From: Malacoraja senta | Taxonomy: Eukaryota | Direction of reading: 5' to 3' | Length of the DNA stretch: 64,000 nucleotides | NCBI GenBank assembly: GCA_038087875.1 | Contig: CM075992.1 | Location: forward strand, 1,242,001-1,306,000 | Shown here: positions 28,088 through 41,346 of the stretch, one piece after another | Layout: the number at the start of each line of letters is the position of its first letter | Numbering within the stretch: the first letter of the stretch is position 1 | Notes under the pieces: generated by a model | Databases searched by the model: none | Told to the model about the DNA's origin: nothing | What the model saw: the letters and a program-made list of their open reading frames with translations, nothing else | Translations under genes and position numbers: made by a program

Positions 28088-28378
28088 TTTAGACTTCAGA
28101 GATTTCAACGCGAAATAAATACTTCAGTCCACTGAAACTGAGCCGACCAGCGATCCCCCAGTACACTAACACTACCCGACACACACTAGGGACGGTTTAC
28201 AATTTTACCAAAGCCAATTAACCTACAAACCTGCACGTCCTTGGAGTGTGGGAGGAAACCGGAGCACCCGGAGAAAACCCACGCAGTCACAGGGAGGAGA
28301 AGGTGCAAACACTGTAGTCGGGATCGAACCCGGGGCTCTGGCGCTGTGAGGCAGCAACTCTACCACTGCGCCACCGCT
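28088..28378 (-). mobile_element. HE1-like V-SINE
   Basis: Head, core and tail on the minus strand. Confidence 0.8.
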
Positions 28379-29085
28379 TTTAGGCATAATTAGGGGATGT
28401 GGTACAATCTATGGTGTGAAATTAAGGTAAAACGTGTGTTTCTGGGGTAATTTTAATTAATCTTTAGTCTGAATCCTTTAGCCAGAGGGTGGTGAATCAG
28501 TGGAATTCATTGCCATAGACAGCTGTGGAGGCCAAGTCCTTCCAGATCCCAAATGTGGGTATTTTTAAAGTAGAGATTGGCAGATTCTTGATTAGTGCGG
28601 GTGTCAGGGGTTATAGGGTTAGGGTTAGGAGAATGGGGTTAGGAGGGAGAGATAGATCAGCCATGATTGAATGACGGAATAGACTCGGAGGGCCGAATGG
28701 AAGGCTATGGATTATGTGCAGGCAGTTTAGAGTTGACCTTGGCATCACGTCCAGCACAGACATTGTGGGCTGAAGGGCCTGTTGTTGTGCTGTACTGTCT
28801 GTTGTTCTATGTTGAGTTGGAACTCCTGGTTCATCAATGAGGGAGGGAAGCCATGTTTCTGACTTCCAGTGTAAAGAGGAATGAAGAGAGACGACAGAGG
28901 GAAAGAGTGATACAGCATGGAAACAGGCCCTTCGGCCCAACTTGCCCACACCGGCCAACATGTCCCATCTACGCTAGTCCCACCTGCTCGCGTTTGGCCC
29001 ATATCCCTCCAAACCTGTCCTATCCATGTACCTGTCCAACAGTTTCTTAAACGTTGGGATAGTCCCAGCCTCAACTACCTCCTCT

Positions 29086-29217
29086 TCAGACTGAAGAAGG
29101 GTTTCGGCCCGAAACGTTGCCTATTTCCTTCGCTCCATAGATGCTGCCGTACCCGCTGAGTTTCTCCAGCATTTTTGTCTACCTTCGATTTTCCAGCATC
29201 TGCAGTTCCTTCTTAAA
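29086..29217 (+). mobile_element. 132-bp PLE-derived hammerhead element inserted in a CR1
   Basis: Perfect 10-bp TSD tacctcctct (29076-29085, 29218-29227); HHR core at 29091-29118. Confidence 0.9.
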
Positions 29218-31092
29218 TACCTCCTCTGGCAGCTTGTTCCATACACCCACCACCCTTTGTGTGAAAAAGGTACCCCTCAGATTCCTATTAAATCCTTTCC
29301 CCTTCACCTTAAACCTATGTCCTCTGGTCCTCGATTCCCCCACTCTGGTGCGTCTACCCGATCTATTCCTCTCATGATTTTATACACCTCGGTAAAATCC
29401 TCCTGCGCTCCAATACTGAAATGGAGGAAAGACACATGGCCCTGTGGTTCGTTAAGTGGCAGCTGAATTGTATAGTTTTATCAGCGTGGGTGTTGATTGT
29501 GGTAAAACCCACGCTCATTGTTCCCGCTGTGGGCAACGTGCCAGCTCTCGACTGCCTGTTCATTTGCAAGGCTGATGAGAACAAACAGCAGTTACCATCC
29601 CAAGGAGGGGCTCAGGATGGAGTTAAGGCTATGAACAGCTACTCCAACTACAGCTACAGAAGATAGACACTAAAATCTGGAGTAGCTCAGCGGGTCTGAC
29701 AGCATCTCTGGAGAAAAGGAATAGGTGATGTTTTGGTTCGAGAGCCTTTTACATAGGGTGGAGGAATCAAGAAACAGCAACATAGCTTTGAGGCGGGATG
29801 GGCAAGGTTTAGTAAGAACCTGAGGGGCAACTTTTTCACTTGGAGGGTGGTGGTTGCATAGAATTAGCTGCGTAGGAAAGAACTGCAGATGCTGATTTAA
29901 ATCAAAGGTAGACACAAAATGCTGGAGTAACTCAGCGGGACAGGCAGCATCTCTGGAGAGAAGGAATGGGTGACGTTTCAGTTCGAGACCCTTCCTCAGA
30001 ATCCATTTGCTGCTCCAATGTGAAATCTCCTCAAGGCATGCCTACTTTGAGGAAGTTCTCCTCCTCTCACCGACGGGAATTCTGGAGACTGGAGAAGGGT
30101 CCCGACCCGAAACGTCACCCATTCCTTCTCTCCAGAGATGCTGCCTGTCCCGCTGAGTTACTCCAGCGTTTTGTGTCTATCTTCGGTGTCAACCAGCGTC
30201 TGCAGTTTCCTTCCTAAGGATTTCACGATGCAGTTGCACAGGTGACAAATAAACTGCTATTGAACCATTGATTTGTTTTTTAGTTTAGAGATACAGCCCT
30301 TCGGCCCAAGGAGTCCGCACCAAACCAGCGATCCCCACACACTAGCATTATCCTACACCCACTAGGGACAATTTTACACTTATACCAGGCCAATTAACCT
30401 ACAAACCTGCACGTCTTTGGAGTGTGGGAGGAAACCGGAGATCTCGGAGAAAACCCACGTGGGTCACGGGGAGAACAAACAAGGGCACGGAGTGCTGGAG
30501 TAACTCAGTGGGTCAGGCAGCATCTGTGGAGAACATGGATAGGTGACGTTTCACAGAGTGCTGGAGTAACTCAGCGGGTCAGGCAGCATCTGTGGAGCGA
30601 AGGAAATAGGCAACGTTTCTCCAGCAATTGTGTCTACCTTCGATTCTCCAGCATCTGTAGTTTCTTCTGGAACGGGGCACTGATTGGGGATGATCAGCCA
30701 TGATCACATTGAATGGCGAGGCTGGCTCGAAGGGCCGAATGGCCTACTCCTGCACCTATTGTCTATTGTCTATTGTCTTGTGTTCAGCTCTGGTGGGGAT
30801 GTCAAGGGGAGGCACTGATAACTGGGCTGTAGCTGTGGATTTGAATCCATTGAAGCAGTTCTGGAGGTGACGGCATTCAGAATATATTCCGACACAGCCC
30901 AGCCGCGAAGTAAACAAGCTCTCAGTCCCTCCCTGCTTCTTTCAACTGTTTCTCTCCCACACACTCATTTCTGAGGTGGCTGCGATCCAGTCCTTTGTTG
31001 TTCTGCATCACCCTTCCCTGGGAGCGGGGTGTGGGGGCTGAGGGGTTACACAAAAACACGCAGCAAGCTGGGACCCTGAACCGACTCCAGAG

Positions 31093-31515
31093 GCTCATAT
31101 TGGAGGAACAGCACCTCATATTTCACCCCAGCTTACACCCCAGCGGTATGAACATTGACTTCTCCCAACTTCAAGTAACCCTTCCTTTCCCTCTCTCTCC
31201 ATCCCCCCCTCCCCTTCCCAGTTCTCCCACCAGCCTGACTGTCTCCGACTATATTTTATCTCTGCTTGCTTTGTTCTTACCTTCTCCCAGCCAACAATGG
31301 TCTATTCTACATCTGCCTTGATATCCATTCCCTTTGTCCTGCTCTCACACCTCACACTTCCTTATCTATCTATCTATCTCCCTGTCCCCTGACATCAGTC
31401 TGAAGAAACGTCACCCATTCCTTCTCTCCAGAGACGCTGCCCGTCCCGCTGAGTTACTCCACCATTTTTGTGTCTATTTTTGGTTTAAACCAGCACCTGC
31501 GGTTCCTTCCAACAC
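31093..31515 (+). mobile_element. Penelope-like element 3' fragment
   Basis: LEEQHLIF...LHPSGMNIDFS followed by a pLTR with HHR stem II deleted. Confidence 0.75.
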
Positions 31516-31830
31516 ACGAGAGTCTCGGCGGTCTCGCAGGGGAGCGGGCTGCCCTAGTGGTGGCGGTGCAGCGGGTGGAGATGCTGCCTCACTGCGCTGG
31601 AGACCTGGGTTCAATCCTGACCATATCCTTTTCTCCGGGGATGGGATCGAACCGGGGTCTCTGGTGCTGTGAGGCAGCAACTCTACCGCTGGGCCACCGT
31701 GCCTCCCCATCTCTTCCACGCGCGGCCCTTGCCTGAAGTCAAACAAGACCTTCGTCCAATCTAATGGCCATCCCGACTAATGACACCATTCAGGCCTTCC
31801 TGTCCACGTGTGATTTGCAACTATTACAAC

Positions 31831-32227
31831 CAAAGATCCTATAGCAAGCAAGATAGACCACTCGTGCTAAATGCAATGGGCTGACGTGTAGTACGCAACG
31901 GAGCGGAACGTGGGTATTTTTGTCATCCATTCCAGTAACCGGACCCGACCCGACTCGCAGTGTAATCAACGTTGCGGGGGAACAGTTTGTGTTAATAAAT
32001 TATAAATTCTGAAAATGAGGAGAAGATTTTTACCAATAACTTTTATTTTTACCAGGATGTTTCCGTAACCGGCTTTTCCGTCTCCGCACTAGTTATCCTA
32101 TGGGATCTCTGGTGCGGAGACGGAAGCCGGTTACGGAAATGGGGCCGAAAATGACCCGTGAATCTGCCCATGACCGTACTACATCTTTTTCTTCCAGTGG
32201 TCCATCTTGCTCGCTATAGAATCTTTG
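31831..32227. mobile_element. hAT-type MITE (397 bp)
   Basis: 32-bp TIR caaagat(c/t)ctatagc(a/g)agcaagat(a/g)gaccact; 8-bp TSD attacaac/attacaag. Confidence 0.85.
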
Positions 32228-32809
32228 ATTACAAGCCTTCTTCTTCCACAATGCCCAGCTGAACTTTCTATTTTTTAAACCCTGATTTCCACCATTTGTC
32301 ACAACAGTTAGTTTGGGCACTCTTCACGGCTAGCTTTCCACTGGCTTATGCTCCATACAATCACTCCTTTCTGACGTTGACGGAGAGATGGCCCATTCAC
32401 ATATTTCTTAATCACATTCCTAAGTGGTGGTTGATTAAATCCATTTTCCACAGAGCACAAGTCCACAGCTTGCTTGATTACTATTTCACACCAGCCTACT
32501 TAACTGGATTGCTTTGTCTAATGCTGGATCCTATGCTGCAGTCTTCAATGCTCACAAATCAGCTTGCTCTTTATGGATGATTCTGTCATCTGGCCAAGGT
32601 GCGATTTCCAAGCCTCCTTTCCCTGCTGATGAAACGTTCCGCCTGATTTCTGCGTATCCAAACCGGATTACATTTTATTTTGGGATGGTATCATTTCTCA
32701 AGTGTAGTCAGCGCTGAGTCGCGTACCAAGTCCTTCCTTCCCGAAATCGGAATCGTCAGAAATATCTCATCTTCCCCAGCTCTCTAACCATCACTCAAAA
32801 ATGCTAGGC

Positions 32810-33125
32810 AGCGTAAATTGGAGGAGCAGCACCTCATATTTCGCTTGGGTGGTTTACACCCCAGGGGTATGAACATTGACTTCTCCAGTTCCAGGTAGTC
32901 CCTGCTCTCTCCCTCCTTCCCCTCCCCTTCCCAGCTCTCCCACAGCCCACTGACTCCCCCTCTTCCTTTCTTCTTCCCGCCCCCCCCCGACATCAGTCTG
33001 AAGAAGGGCCTCGACCCGAAACGTCACCTATCCCTTCGCTCCATAGATGCTGCCTCACCCGCTGAGTTACTCCAGCATTCTTGTCCACCTTCGATATTTC
33101 CAGCATCTGCAGTTCTTTCTTAAAC
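32810..33125 (+). mobile_element. Penelope-like element 3' end with hammerhead motif
   Basis: KLEEQHLIFRLGGLHPRGMNIDFS*, then an HHR core at 32998-33025 on the same strand. Confidence 0.8.
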
Positions 33126-33795
33126 ACAAAGTGCTGGAGTAACTCAGTGGGACAGGCAGCATCTCTGGAGAAAAGGAATGGGTGACGCTCCGGGTCGGGA
33201 CCCTTCCTCAGACTGAGAGTCAGGGGAGAGCGAAACCAGAGATATGGAAGGGTAAGGTGTGAAAACGAGAGATCAGAACGGCCGAAGTTGAAGGAAGATG
33301 TGGACTAGATCGTTGTTCGCTCGGGGACGTCGACAACGAGGCATGTAAAGATAAGATTTAAACAGGAGGACAATCAGACTGGTCGGAGAACTAGGATGGG
33401 GGAGGGATGGAGAGAGAGGGAAAGCAAGGGTTACTTGAAGTTAGAGAAGTCAATATTCATACCGCTGGGATGTTTAGTTTAGTGATACAGTGCGGAAACA
33501 GGCCCTTCGGCCCACCGGGTCCATGCTGGCCAGCGATCCCTGCACATTAACACTATCCTACACCCACTGGGGACAATTTCTTTTACATTTACCAAGCCAA
33601 TTAACCTACAAACGTGTATGTAAGCTGCCCAAGCGAAATAATGTATGAGGTGCGGTTTCCTCTCCCCTGACTCTCAGTCTGACGATGGGTCTCGACCCGA
33701 AACGTCACCCATTCCTTCCCTCCAGAGATGCTGCCTGTCCCGCTGAGTTACTCCAGCATCTTTGGTGTAAAGCAGCATCTGCAGTTCCTTCCTGC
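33126..33795 (-). mobile_element. Penelope-like fragment with an inverted pLTR piece, interrupted by a SINE tail
   Basis: GMNIDFSNFK* end on minus; inverted unit with CTGACGA-T-GGGT-CTCG-ACCC-GAAAC-GTC at 33679-33706 on +. Confidence 0.7.
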
Positions 33796-34239
33796 ATCCC
33801 ACGCAGCATTGAACATAGGTCTCTGATGCTGTGAGGCAGCAGCTCAACTATCTTGTACCACTGCACACGTACTCCATGGCGGACAGGGAGGAAATTTAAT
33901 AAAGGCATCGAATATCGTGAAGGCTTAGATTGCATTAAGTAGGGGAAAACTGTTTCCGCAGGCTGGAAGATCAATAATATGGAAGTAGAGATTGTAGCTG
34001 CCAATGGTGACGTGAAGAGTCCCGAGATAAGGAGGAGGCACTGATGTCCAGTGCACTGCTCGAAGATGTGGTGGTGGGGCAGGGGGCTGCCACACAACGC
34101 CAGTGGAAAGATAAGGCCATTTGGCCCATCAAGTCTACTCTGCCATTCACATGTCACCGTAGCTGGGTAGACATGGTAATAAAGGAATCATTGAAACTTA
34201 TCCATCAGTCCCTGTTCTCCTTCAAATCTCCCCTCACTC

Positions 34240-34535
34240 ACGGTGACGCAGCGGTAGAGTTGCTGCCTTACAGCACTTGCAGCACCAGAGACCCGGGTTC
34301 GATCCTGACTACGGGTGCTGTCTGTACGGAGTTTGTACGTTCTCCCCGTGACCTGCGAGATCTTCGGTTTCCTCCCGCACTCCAAAGACGTGCAGCTTTG
34401 TAGGTTAATTGACTTGGTAAATGTAAAATAAATTGTCCCAAGTGGGTGTAGGATAGTGTTGGTGTACGGGGTTGGTTGGTCGGCCCGGACTCAGTGGGCT
34501 GAAGGGCCTGTTTCCGCGCTGTATCATTAAACTGA
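34240..34535 (+). mobile_element. HE1-like V-SINE
   Basis: Full head, core and tail. Confidence 0.85.
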
Positions 34536-34547
34536 AAACGAATAGAC

Positions 34548-34790
34548 CATTGATCGCCCCACATACAGGCACTATTTTACACACTGGGACAATTTACAAT
34601 TTTACCAATTAACCTACAAACCCGCACGTCTTTGGAGTGTGGGAGGAAACCGGAGCACCCGGAGAAACCCCAAGCGGGTCACGGGGAGAAGGTACAAACT
34701 CCGTACAGACAGCACCAGTGGTCGGGATGGAACCTGGGACTCTGGCGCTGTGAGGCAGCAACTCTACCCGCTGCTCCACCGTGCCGCCCA
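34548..34790 (-). mobile_element. HE1-like V-SINE, inverted relative to its neighbour
   Basis: Head and core on the minus strand. Confidence 0.8.
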
Positions 34791-35237
34791 TTATTTGCAG
34801 AGATGGTGACTGTGAAAGGTTTGCGCTTTAATCGACAATTCCTGAGCAAACATGGGTGTGGAAAATAAACCTCGCAATATCAGATTAAACGCGAATCGAT
34901 ATTTTGAACATGCACCGACACTAATATGGAGTGGCGCGTTTTTAAGCCTGTGCCGTGAGGGACTGCATTGTTTACTGTGCAGTTCCAGTCATTTTCCTGC
35001 CACTACACTGATGGGAGAATAAATATGGGCACGAGGGAGCTGTTCCGAGCTCTGTCGACAAACAATGCCGTGCACTGTGACCTGATGCAGTCTTGTATTA
35101 ATGACCTCGGTGTCCAGGGGCAAGACAGCTTGTGCTCTGTATCAATGTATCTGCATTGGAGCCGGCCACCATCGAAAGATAAATACTGTGTATAGAACGC
35201 ACGCCACCAGATTCAGGGACAGTTTCTTCCCAACTGA

Positions 35238-35444
35238 AGGTACACAAAAATGCTGGAGAAACTCAGAGGGTGCAGCAGCATCTATGGAGCGAAGGAAATA
35301 GGTAACGTTTCAGTCTGAAGAAGGGTTTAGTCCCGAAACGTTGCCTATTTCCTTCGCTCCATAGATGCTGCTGCACCCGCTGAGTTTCTCCAGCATTTTT
35401 GTGTACCTTCGATTTTCCAGCATCTGCAGTTCCTTCTTTAACAC
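35238..35444. mobile_element. Fold-back PLE-derived hammerhead element
   Basis: 14-bp TSD ttcttcccaa(c/t)tga. Confidence 0.85.
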
Positions 35445-35564
35445 TTCTTCCCAATTGAGTTGCTGCCTCACGGAGCCAGAGATCCGGGTTCCATCCTGAC
35501 TACGGGTGCTGCCTGCGCGGAGTTTGCACGTTCTCCCCGTGACCTGCGTGGGTTTTCTCCGAGA

Positions 35565-36355
35565 CCTTGGAAGCCTTACCCCACTACTCAAACCTCACGT
35601 CTATAAACCTTGGCGTGATATTTGACTCAGCACTGAAATTTGACAAACAAGTCAATGCCGTGGTAAAAGCTAGCTTCTTTCAGCTTCGGACGATAGCTAA
35701 AATAAAACAATTCCTCCAGTTTGATGACCTGGAAAAGATCATCCACACATTCATCTCCTCCCGCCTAGATTACTGCAACTCCCTTTACACTGGCATCAGC
35801 CAATCTTCCCCTGTCCCGCCTGCAACTGGTCCAAAACGCCGCAGCGAGACTCCTGACGGGCACCCGAAAAAGGGACCACATCACCCCGATCCTGGCCTCT
35901 CCCCACTGGCTCCCTGTGCGGTTCCGTATAAACTTCAAGATCCTCCTCCATGTCTACAAAGCCCTCAATGGGCTTGCCCCCACCTACATAAAAAGTCTTC
36001 TCACCCACCACTCCACCTCCAGGTCCCTCAGATCGGCCGACTTGGGGTTGCTGAATATCCCACGGTCTAGGCATAAGCTCAGGGGCGACCGGGCCTTTGC
36101 GGTTGCAGCTCCTAGACTGTGGAACAGCATCCCCTTTCCCATCAGAAACTGCCCCCTCTATCGACTCCTTTAAGTCAAGACTAAAGACTTATCTATACTC
36201 CCAAACCTTTCCTGACGTCCTCTGAGTGAGGGCTACATGTATATATGTATGTAGTTTGTTTTGTTTGTGCTATTCTTATAACAAATGTAAAGCACTTTGG
36301 CCAACGAGAGTTGTTTTTTAAATGTGCTATATAAATAAATGGGACTTGACTTGAC
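35565..36355 (+). mobile_element. L2 LINE 3' end (frameshifted ORF2)
   Basis: FISSRLDYCNSLY, LQLVQNAAARLL, HWLPVRFRINFKILL and RAFAVAAPRLWNSIP motifs; (GACTT)n tail. Confidence 0.9.
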
Positions 36356-36599
36356 TTTCACTTTCCTCCCACACTCGTGCAGGTTTGTAGGTAAATTGAC
36401 TTGGTACAAGTGTAAATTGTCCCCAGTGTGTGTAGGGTAGCGTTAGTGTGTGGGGATCGCTGGATGGAGGGGACTCGGTGGGCCGAAGGGCCTGTTTCCT
36501 CGCTGTATCACAAAGGACACACAGAGTGCTGGAGTAACTCAGAGGGTCAGGCAGCATCCCTGGAGAGCATGGAGTTTGGACTTGAGAGATACATTCCTC

Positions 36600-36985
36600 C
36601 TAATAGATAAATCGGAAACCAATTCTTAACGAGTTGGTCCCCATTTGTCGTCTTTCTGGAATCATATGGTGCAACATAATTGTAGAAACTAACTGTTCCA
36701 GGACTGGGTGTGGGATGGTCAAGATTATAAAATAATCTCATTACTTTTCTTTTTTCTATTTTCTTTTCTTCAATTTTCTTCTTTCACTCTTTTTCTCCTT
36801 CTTCTTCACACACTATAGACCTCGTGTTTTTCTATCTTTTGCTACCTACTTTCTTTTACTTCTTCTTCTTTATTATAATTTTAAAAATGTACATCAAATG
36901 TATTATGTCATTATATATTAGGCACTTAGGTGCCAAATTGTTGTACTTCTAATAAAATAAAAATAAAAAAATTAAAATTAAAAAA
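36600..36985 (+). mobile_element. Probable L1 3' end
   Basis: WSPFV-like ORF2 terminus, T-rich UTR, AATAAA and A-rich tail. Confidence 0.55.
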
Positions 36986-37495
36986 TGTCAACAAAATAGA
37001 GAGAGTACAGAGGAGATTTACTAGAATGTTGCCTGGGTTTCAGCAACTAAGTTACAGAGAAAGGTTGAACAAGTTAGGTCTTTATTCTTTGGAGCGCAGA
37101 AGGTTAAGAGGGGACTTGATAGAGGTCTTTAAAATGATGAGAGGGATAGACAGAGTGGACGTGGATAAGCTTTTCCCATTGAGAGTAGGGAAGATTCAAA
37201 CAAGGGGACATGACTTGAGAATTAAGGGACAGAAGTTTAGGGGTAACATGAGGGGGAACTTCTTTACTCAGAGAGTGGTAGCTGTGTGGAATGAGCTTCC
37301 AGTGGAAGTGGTGGAGGCAGGTTCGATTTTATCCTTTAAAAATAGATTGGATGGGTATATGGACGGGAAAGGAATGGAGGGTTATGGTCTGAGCGCAGGT
37401 AGATGGGACTAGGGGAGAATACGTGTTCGGCACGGACTAGAAGGGTCGAGATGGCCTGTTTCCGTGCTGTAATTGCTATATGGTTATATGGTTAT
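36986..37495 (+). mobile_element. CR1 LINE 3' end, (TATATGGT)n-tail subfamily
   Basis: Open frame ERVQRRFTRMLPG...VWNELPVEVVEAG. Confidence 0.9.
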
Positions 37496-37833
37496 AAAAA
37501 GACTTTAGAGATACAGCGCGGATACAGGCCCTTTCTCCCACCGAGTCCGCGCTGACCAGTGCTCACCCCACGCGCTAACACTATCCTACACACACTAGAG
37601 ACAATTTACAATTTTACTGAAGCCAATTAACCTACAAACCCTTGGAGTGTGGGAGGAAACCGAAGCACCAGGAGAAAACCCACGCGGGTCACGGGGAGAA
37701 CGTACAAACTCCGTACAGACAGCACCCGTAGTCAGGATGGAACCCGGGTCTCCGGCGCAGTGAGGCAGCTGCCCTGGCGCCCTCTGGGAATCTCTTGGCG
37801 TAAGCACTGTTGGGAACAGGAGCTCCCACCAAC

Positions 37834-38033
37834 NNNNNNNNNNNNNNNNNNNNNNNNNNNNNNNNNNNNNNNNNNNNNNNNNNNNNNNNNNNNNNNNNNN
37901 NNNNNNNNNNNNNNNNNNNNNNNNNNNNNNNNNNNNNNNNNNNNNNNNNNNNNNNNNNNNNNNNNNNNNNNNNNNNNNNNNNNNNNNNNNNNNNNNNNNN
38001 NNNNNNNNNNNNNNNNNNNNNNNNNNNNNNNNN
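37834..38033. other. Assembly gap (200 N)
   Basis: Run of N. Confidence 1.
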
Positions 38034-38723
38034 CATCAGAAGACTTGGGTCCAAACTCCCCAACATTTCTCCCGCATCTCAGCCTGTCAAATCCCTTAAG
38101 AATTTTACGTTTCTATAAGAATCCCTCACATCCTTCTAAATTCCAGTGACTATAAGCCCAGTCGATCCATCCTAGACGTGCAGGTTTGTAGGGCTAATTG
38201 GCTTGGTATAAGTGTAAATTGTCCCGAGGGTGTGTAGGATAGTGTTGGTGTGCGGGGATCGCTGGTCGGCACGGAGTCGGTGGGCCGAAGGGCCAGTTTC
38301 AGCGCTGTATCTCTACACTAAACTACAGGCCATGCAATGAGATTTGTTGGACTTGGGAAATAATTGGTTGTGGGTTTGTGGACAGAGTGTGGCTATAAAT
38401 AGCGGCCAGCTCAGAGCGAGCAGCTCCCACTAGTACAACGGGTCAGAGCTCCGACCGAGGGTCACAGCTCGATGAGTGACCTGACGTGGGCACTGAATGT
38501 GGAACAGCCCTGTGACTGACAGCGAGATATCAATGCAAAGACAGTGGGGCGCAGCGGTAGAGTTGCTGCCTCACAGCGCCAGAGACCCGGGTTCGATCCT
38601 GACTACGGGTCGCTTGTCTGCAGGGAGTTTGTACCTTCTCCCCGTGACCTGCGTGGCTTTTCCCCGAGATCCCCTGGGGATTTGGAGGAAGGAACAGGGT
38701 GAGAGACAGGTACGAGGGACAAG

Positions 38724-39078
38724 TAGATGCAGGAAAAATGTTCCCAATGTTGGGCGAGTCCAGAACCAGGGGCCACACACAGTCTTAGAATAAAGGGGAG
38801 GCCATTTAAGACTGAGGTGAGAAAAAACTTTTTCACCCAGAGAGTTGTGAATTTGTGGAATTCCCTGCCACAGAGGGCAGTGGAGGCCAAGTCACTGGAT
38901 GGATTTAAGAGAGAGTTAGATAGAGCTCTAGGGGCTAGTGGAGTCAAGGGATATGGGGAGAAGGCAGGCACGGGTTATTGATAGGGGACGATCAGCCATG
39001 ATCACAATGAATGGCGGTGTTGGCTCGAAGGGCCGAATGGCCTCCTCCTGCACCTACTTTCTATGTTCCTATGTTTCT
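38724..39078 (+). mobile_element. CR1 LINE 3' end
   Basis: FFTQRVVNLWNSLPQRAVEA; same subfamily as 52468-52822 (minus). Confidence 0.85.
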
Positions 39079-39607
39079 AAACGACGGAGTGCCCGATGGC
39101 TGGTGCAAGCTCGGTGTCTGAAGGACCAGTTTGCGCGCTGCTTGGCTCATAAAGCGGATTGTGCGGCACGGGGAATGTGGTGCAGGAGAACCTCTCTCAG
39201 ATATGATTCCCATCACACCTCATTGTCAGTGACAGCGTGGGGGGGGGGGGGGGGGGGTCAGGCCAAAGTGCACTCCCAGTATTCAGGTGTAATTAGCAGC
39301 CTCAGATTTCATTATGTTGCATCTAATGGGGATCGGATGACAGGCCGGGCAGGAATGGCACTTGAAAGAAATGATGGATGGAGTACAGCAGCAGCTCGCT
39401 ACAAAGCAATGAATCACGGTGAGATGTACTTCTGTCCAAGAGCAGCATTAATGGCCGCGTTTCCCACCGTAAGAGGGTGCTGGTAAGTTGCAGATTGAAG
39501 ACAGCTTTAACCCCTTCCTCACCATCCAGCTCCACAACTCTGTCCTGCATGGCCTTCAGCTAGAAGGTCACAGGTTCAAGTCCCACACCAGCCTTAAATC
39601 ATGACCA

Positions 39608-39906
39608 GGGTGGCCACGGCGGTAGAGTTGCTGCCTCACAGAGCCAGAGACCCGGGTTCGATCCCGACTGCGGGTGCTGTCTGTACCTTCTCACCGTGAC
39701 TTTTCTCCGAAATCTTCACTTTCCTCCCACACTCCAAAGACGTGCAGGTTTGTAGGTTAATTGGCTTGGTAGTAAATGCAAATTGTCCCTAGTGTGTGTG
39801 TGGGATGGTGTTAATGTGCGGGGATCGCTGGTCGGCATGGACCCGATGGGCCGAAGGGCCTGTTTCAGCGGCTGTATCTCTACACTAAACTAAACTAAAC
39901 TAAACT
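39608..39906 (+). mobile_element. HE1-like V-SINE
   Basis: Head, core and (CTAAA)n tail. Confidence 0.85.
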
Positions 39907-40793
39907 GCAAAAGGGGAAAAGTAATTCCATTTACAGACTACACAAACACATAGGTAGGATTAGTCTAGATTAGATTAGAGCCAGGTTTCGATCCCAACCT
40001 CGGGAGATGAGCTTGGGTATTGTCTGGACATGGAGTTTGTACGTGGAGCTCTCCATGTGACCATGTGGGGTTTCTCCGGGTGCTCCGGTTTCCTCCCACA
40101 TCCCAATGACTTGCAGGTTTGTAGGTTAATTGGCCCTAGGGTCGAAGGTTGATCGCTGGTCAGCATGAACTCGGTGGGCCGAAGGGCCTGTTTCCACACT
40201 GTACCTTGAACTAACAAGAAACCAAATAAAGACACAAAGTGCTGGAGTAACTCAGTGGGTTGGGCAGCATCTGTGGGGGGGGGGGAAATAAAACAAATAG
40301 GTGACGTTTCGGGTCGGGACCCTTCTTCAGATTCCACCTTTCAAAGGCAGGACTATTAATTTGTTGATTTTTTTTGTTTATTAAATCTTTATAGTATTTA
40401 TTATTTATTATATATTATATTTAGAGTTTAGTTTGGAGACAGAATAGAACCAGGTCCTTCCTAACTGTCACTGTACGTCACGTTGTCACTTGCAGGCGGA
40501 GCACCAAGCAAATTCCTTGTATGTGAATACTTGCCAATAAACTTATTCATTCATCCAACTATAAACATGTGGATTTCAAACATGTTTGAAACATTACACC
40601 TAGAAGAGATAAGACTCCTCCTGGCAGGTAAATCAGATCACTTCCACCTGACGTGGTCGTCATTTATAGAACTATTACAGGCATAAGGTGCAAAAGTACT
40701 TTAAAAATGTACTGATGTCATGCTCATAATAAAGTATTTGTTTTTCTCTTTTCTCTTCTTTCTCTTTTTTTCTTCTTTAGGGTCTATCTCTAA

Positions 40794-41325
40794 AAGGCCT
40801 GTCTCACGGGTATGCGGTTACACTGGCGGTGAAGCAGGAAGTTGGGACCGCTCGTGGACCGCCAGAGACCGCGCAGGGCCCGCGGGGTCGGTCCCACGCA
40901 CACCGCCGGGACCGGTGTAGTTGGTCCCAACACCGCACGGAGCTCACAAAAAGCCGACAACGTTCAAAAATGTTGTCCTACCGCACACAGCCGCCGCCAG
41001 TGCGGCACGAGACCGCCGCGAGCCGAATTGACATCATCGTGTAGCGCGTTGCGTTGCGCGATGTCATCATCACCCGAGTGGGACAGGCCGTGCGGTGATC
41101 ACCCGGCATACGCGCGGCAACAGCTTCCGGTAAGGTTTAATTTTTTTTTTACTTACCGCAAAAGCTCGTGGGACCGGCCGTACGGAGATCACTCGGCCCC
41201 CGCGCGGCATCCGTGCAGCGCTCCCGCGGCATACGCGCGGCTCTCTCACGGTAGCCGCGCGGTCCCCGCTTCCGGCGACGCCGCGCTTCACCGCCAGTAA
41301 CCGCCTGCCCGTGGGACAGGGCCAT
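40794..41325. mobile_element. GC-rich PIF/Harbinger-like MITE, family D
   Basis: About 40-bp imperfect TIR ggcctgtc(t/c)cacggg...gcggtta...ctggcggtgaagc; TAA flanks; internal gtggga(c)..gccg repeats. Confidence 0.75.
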
Positions 41326-41346
41326 TAATCTTTTCTCTCTCATTTC

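Noticed and set aside
37649..38149. ORFs spanning the N run
   Set aside because: Artefact of the assembly gap
40794..41325. CpG-island-like segment
   Set aside because: Lies entirely within a TIR-bounded MITE, not a host promoter
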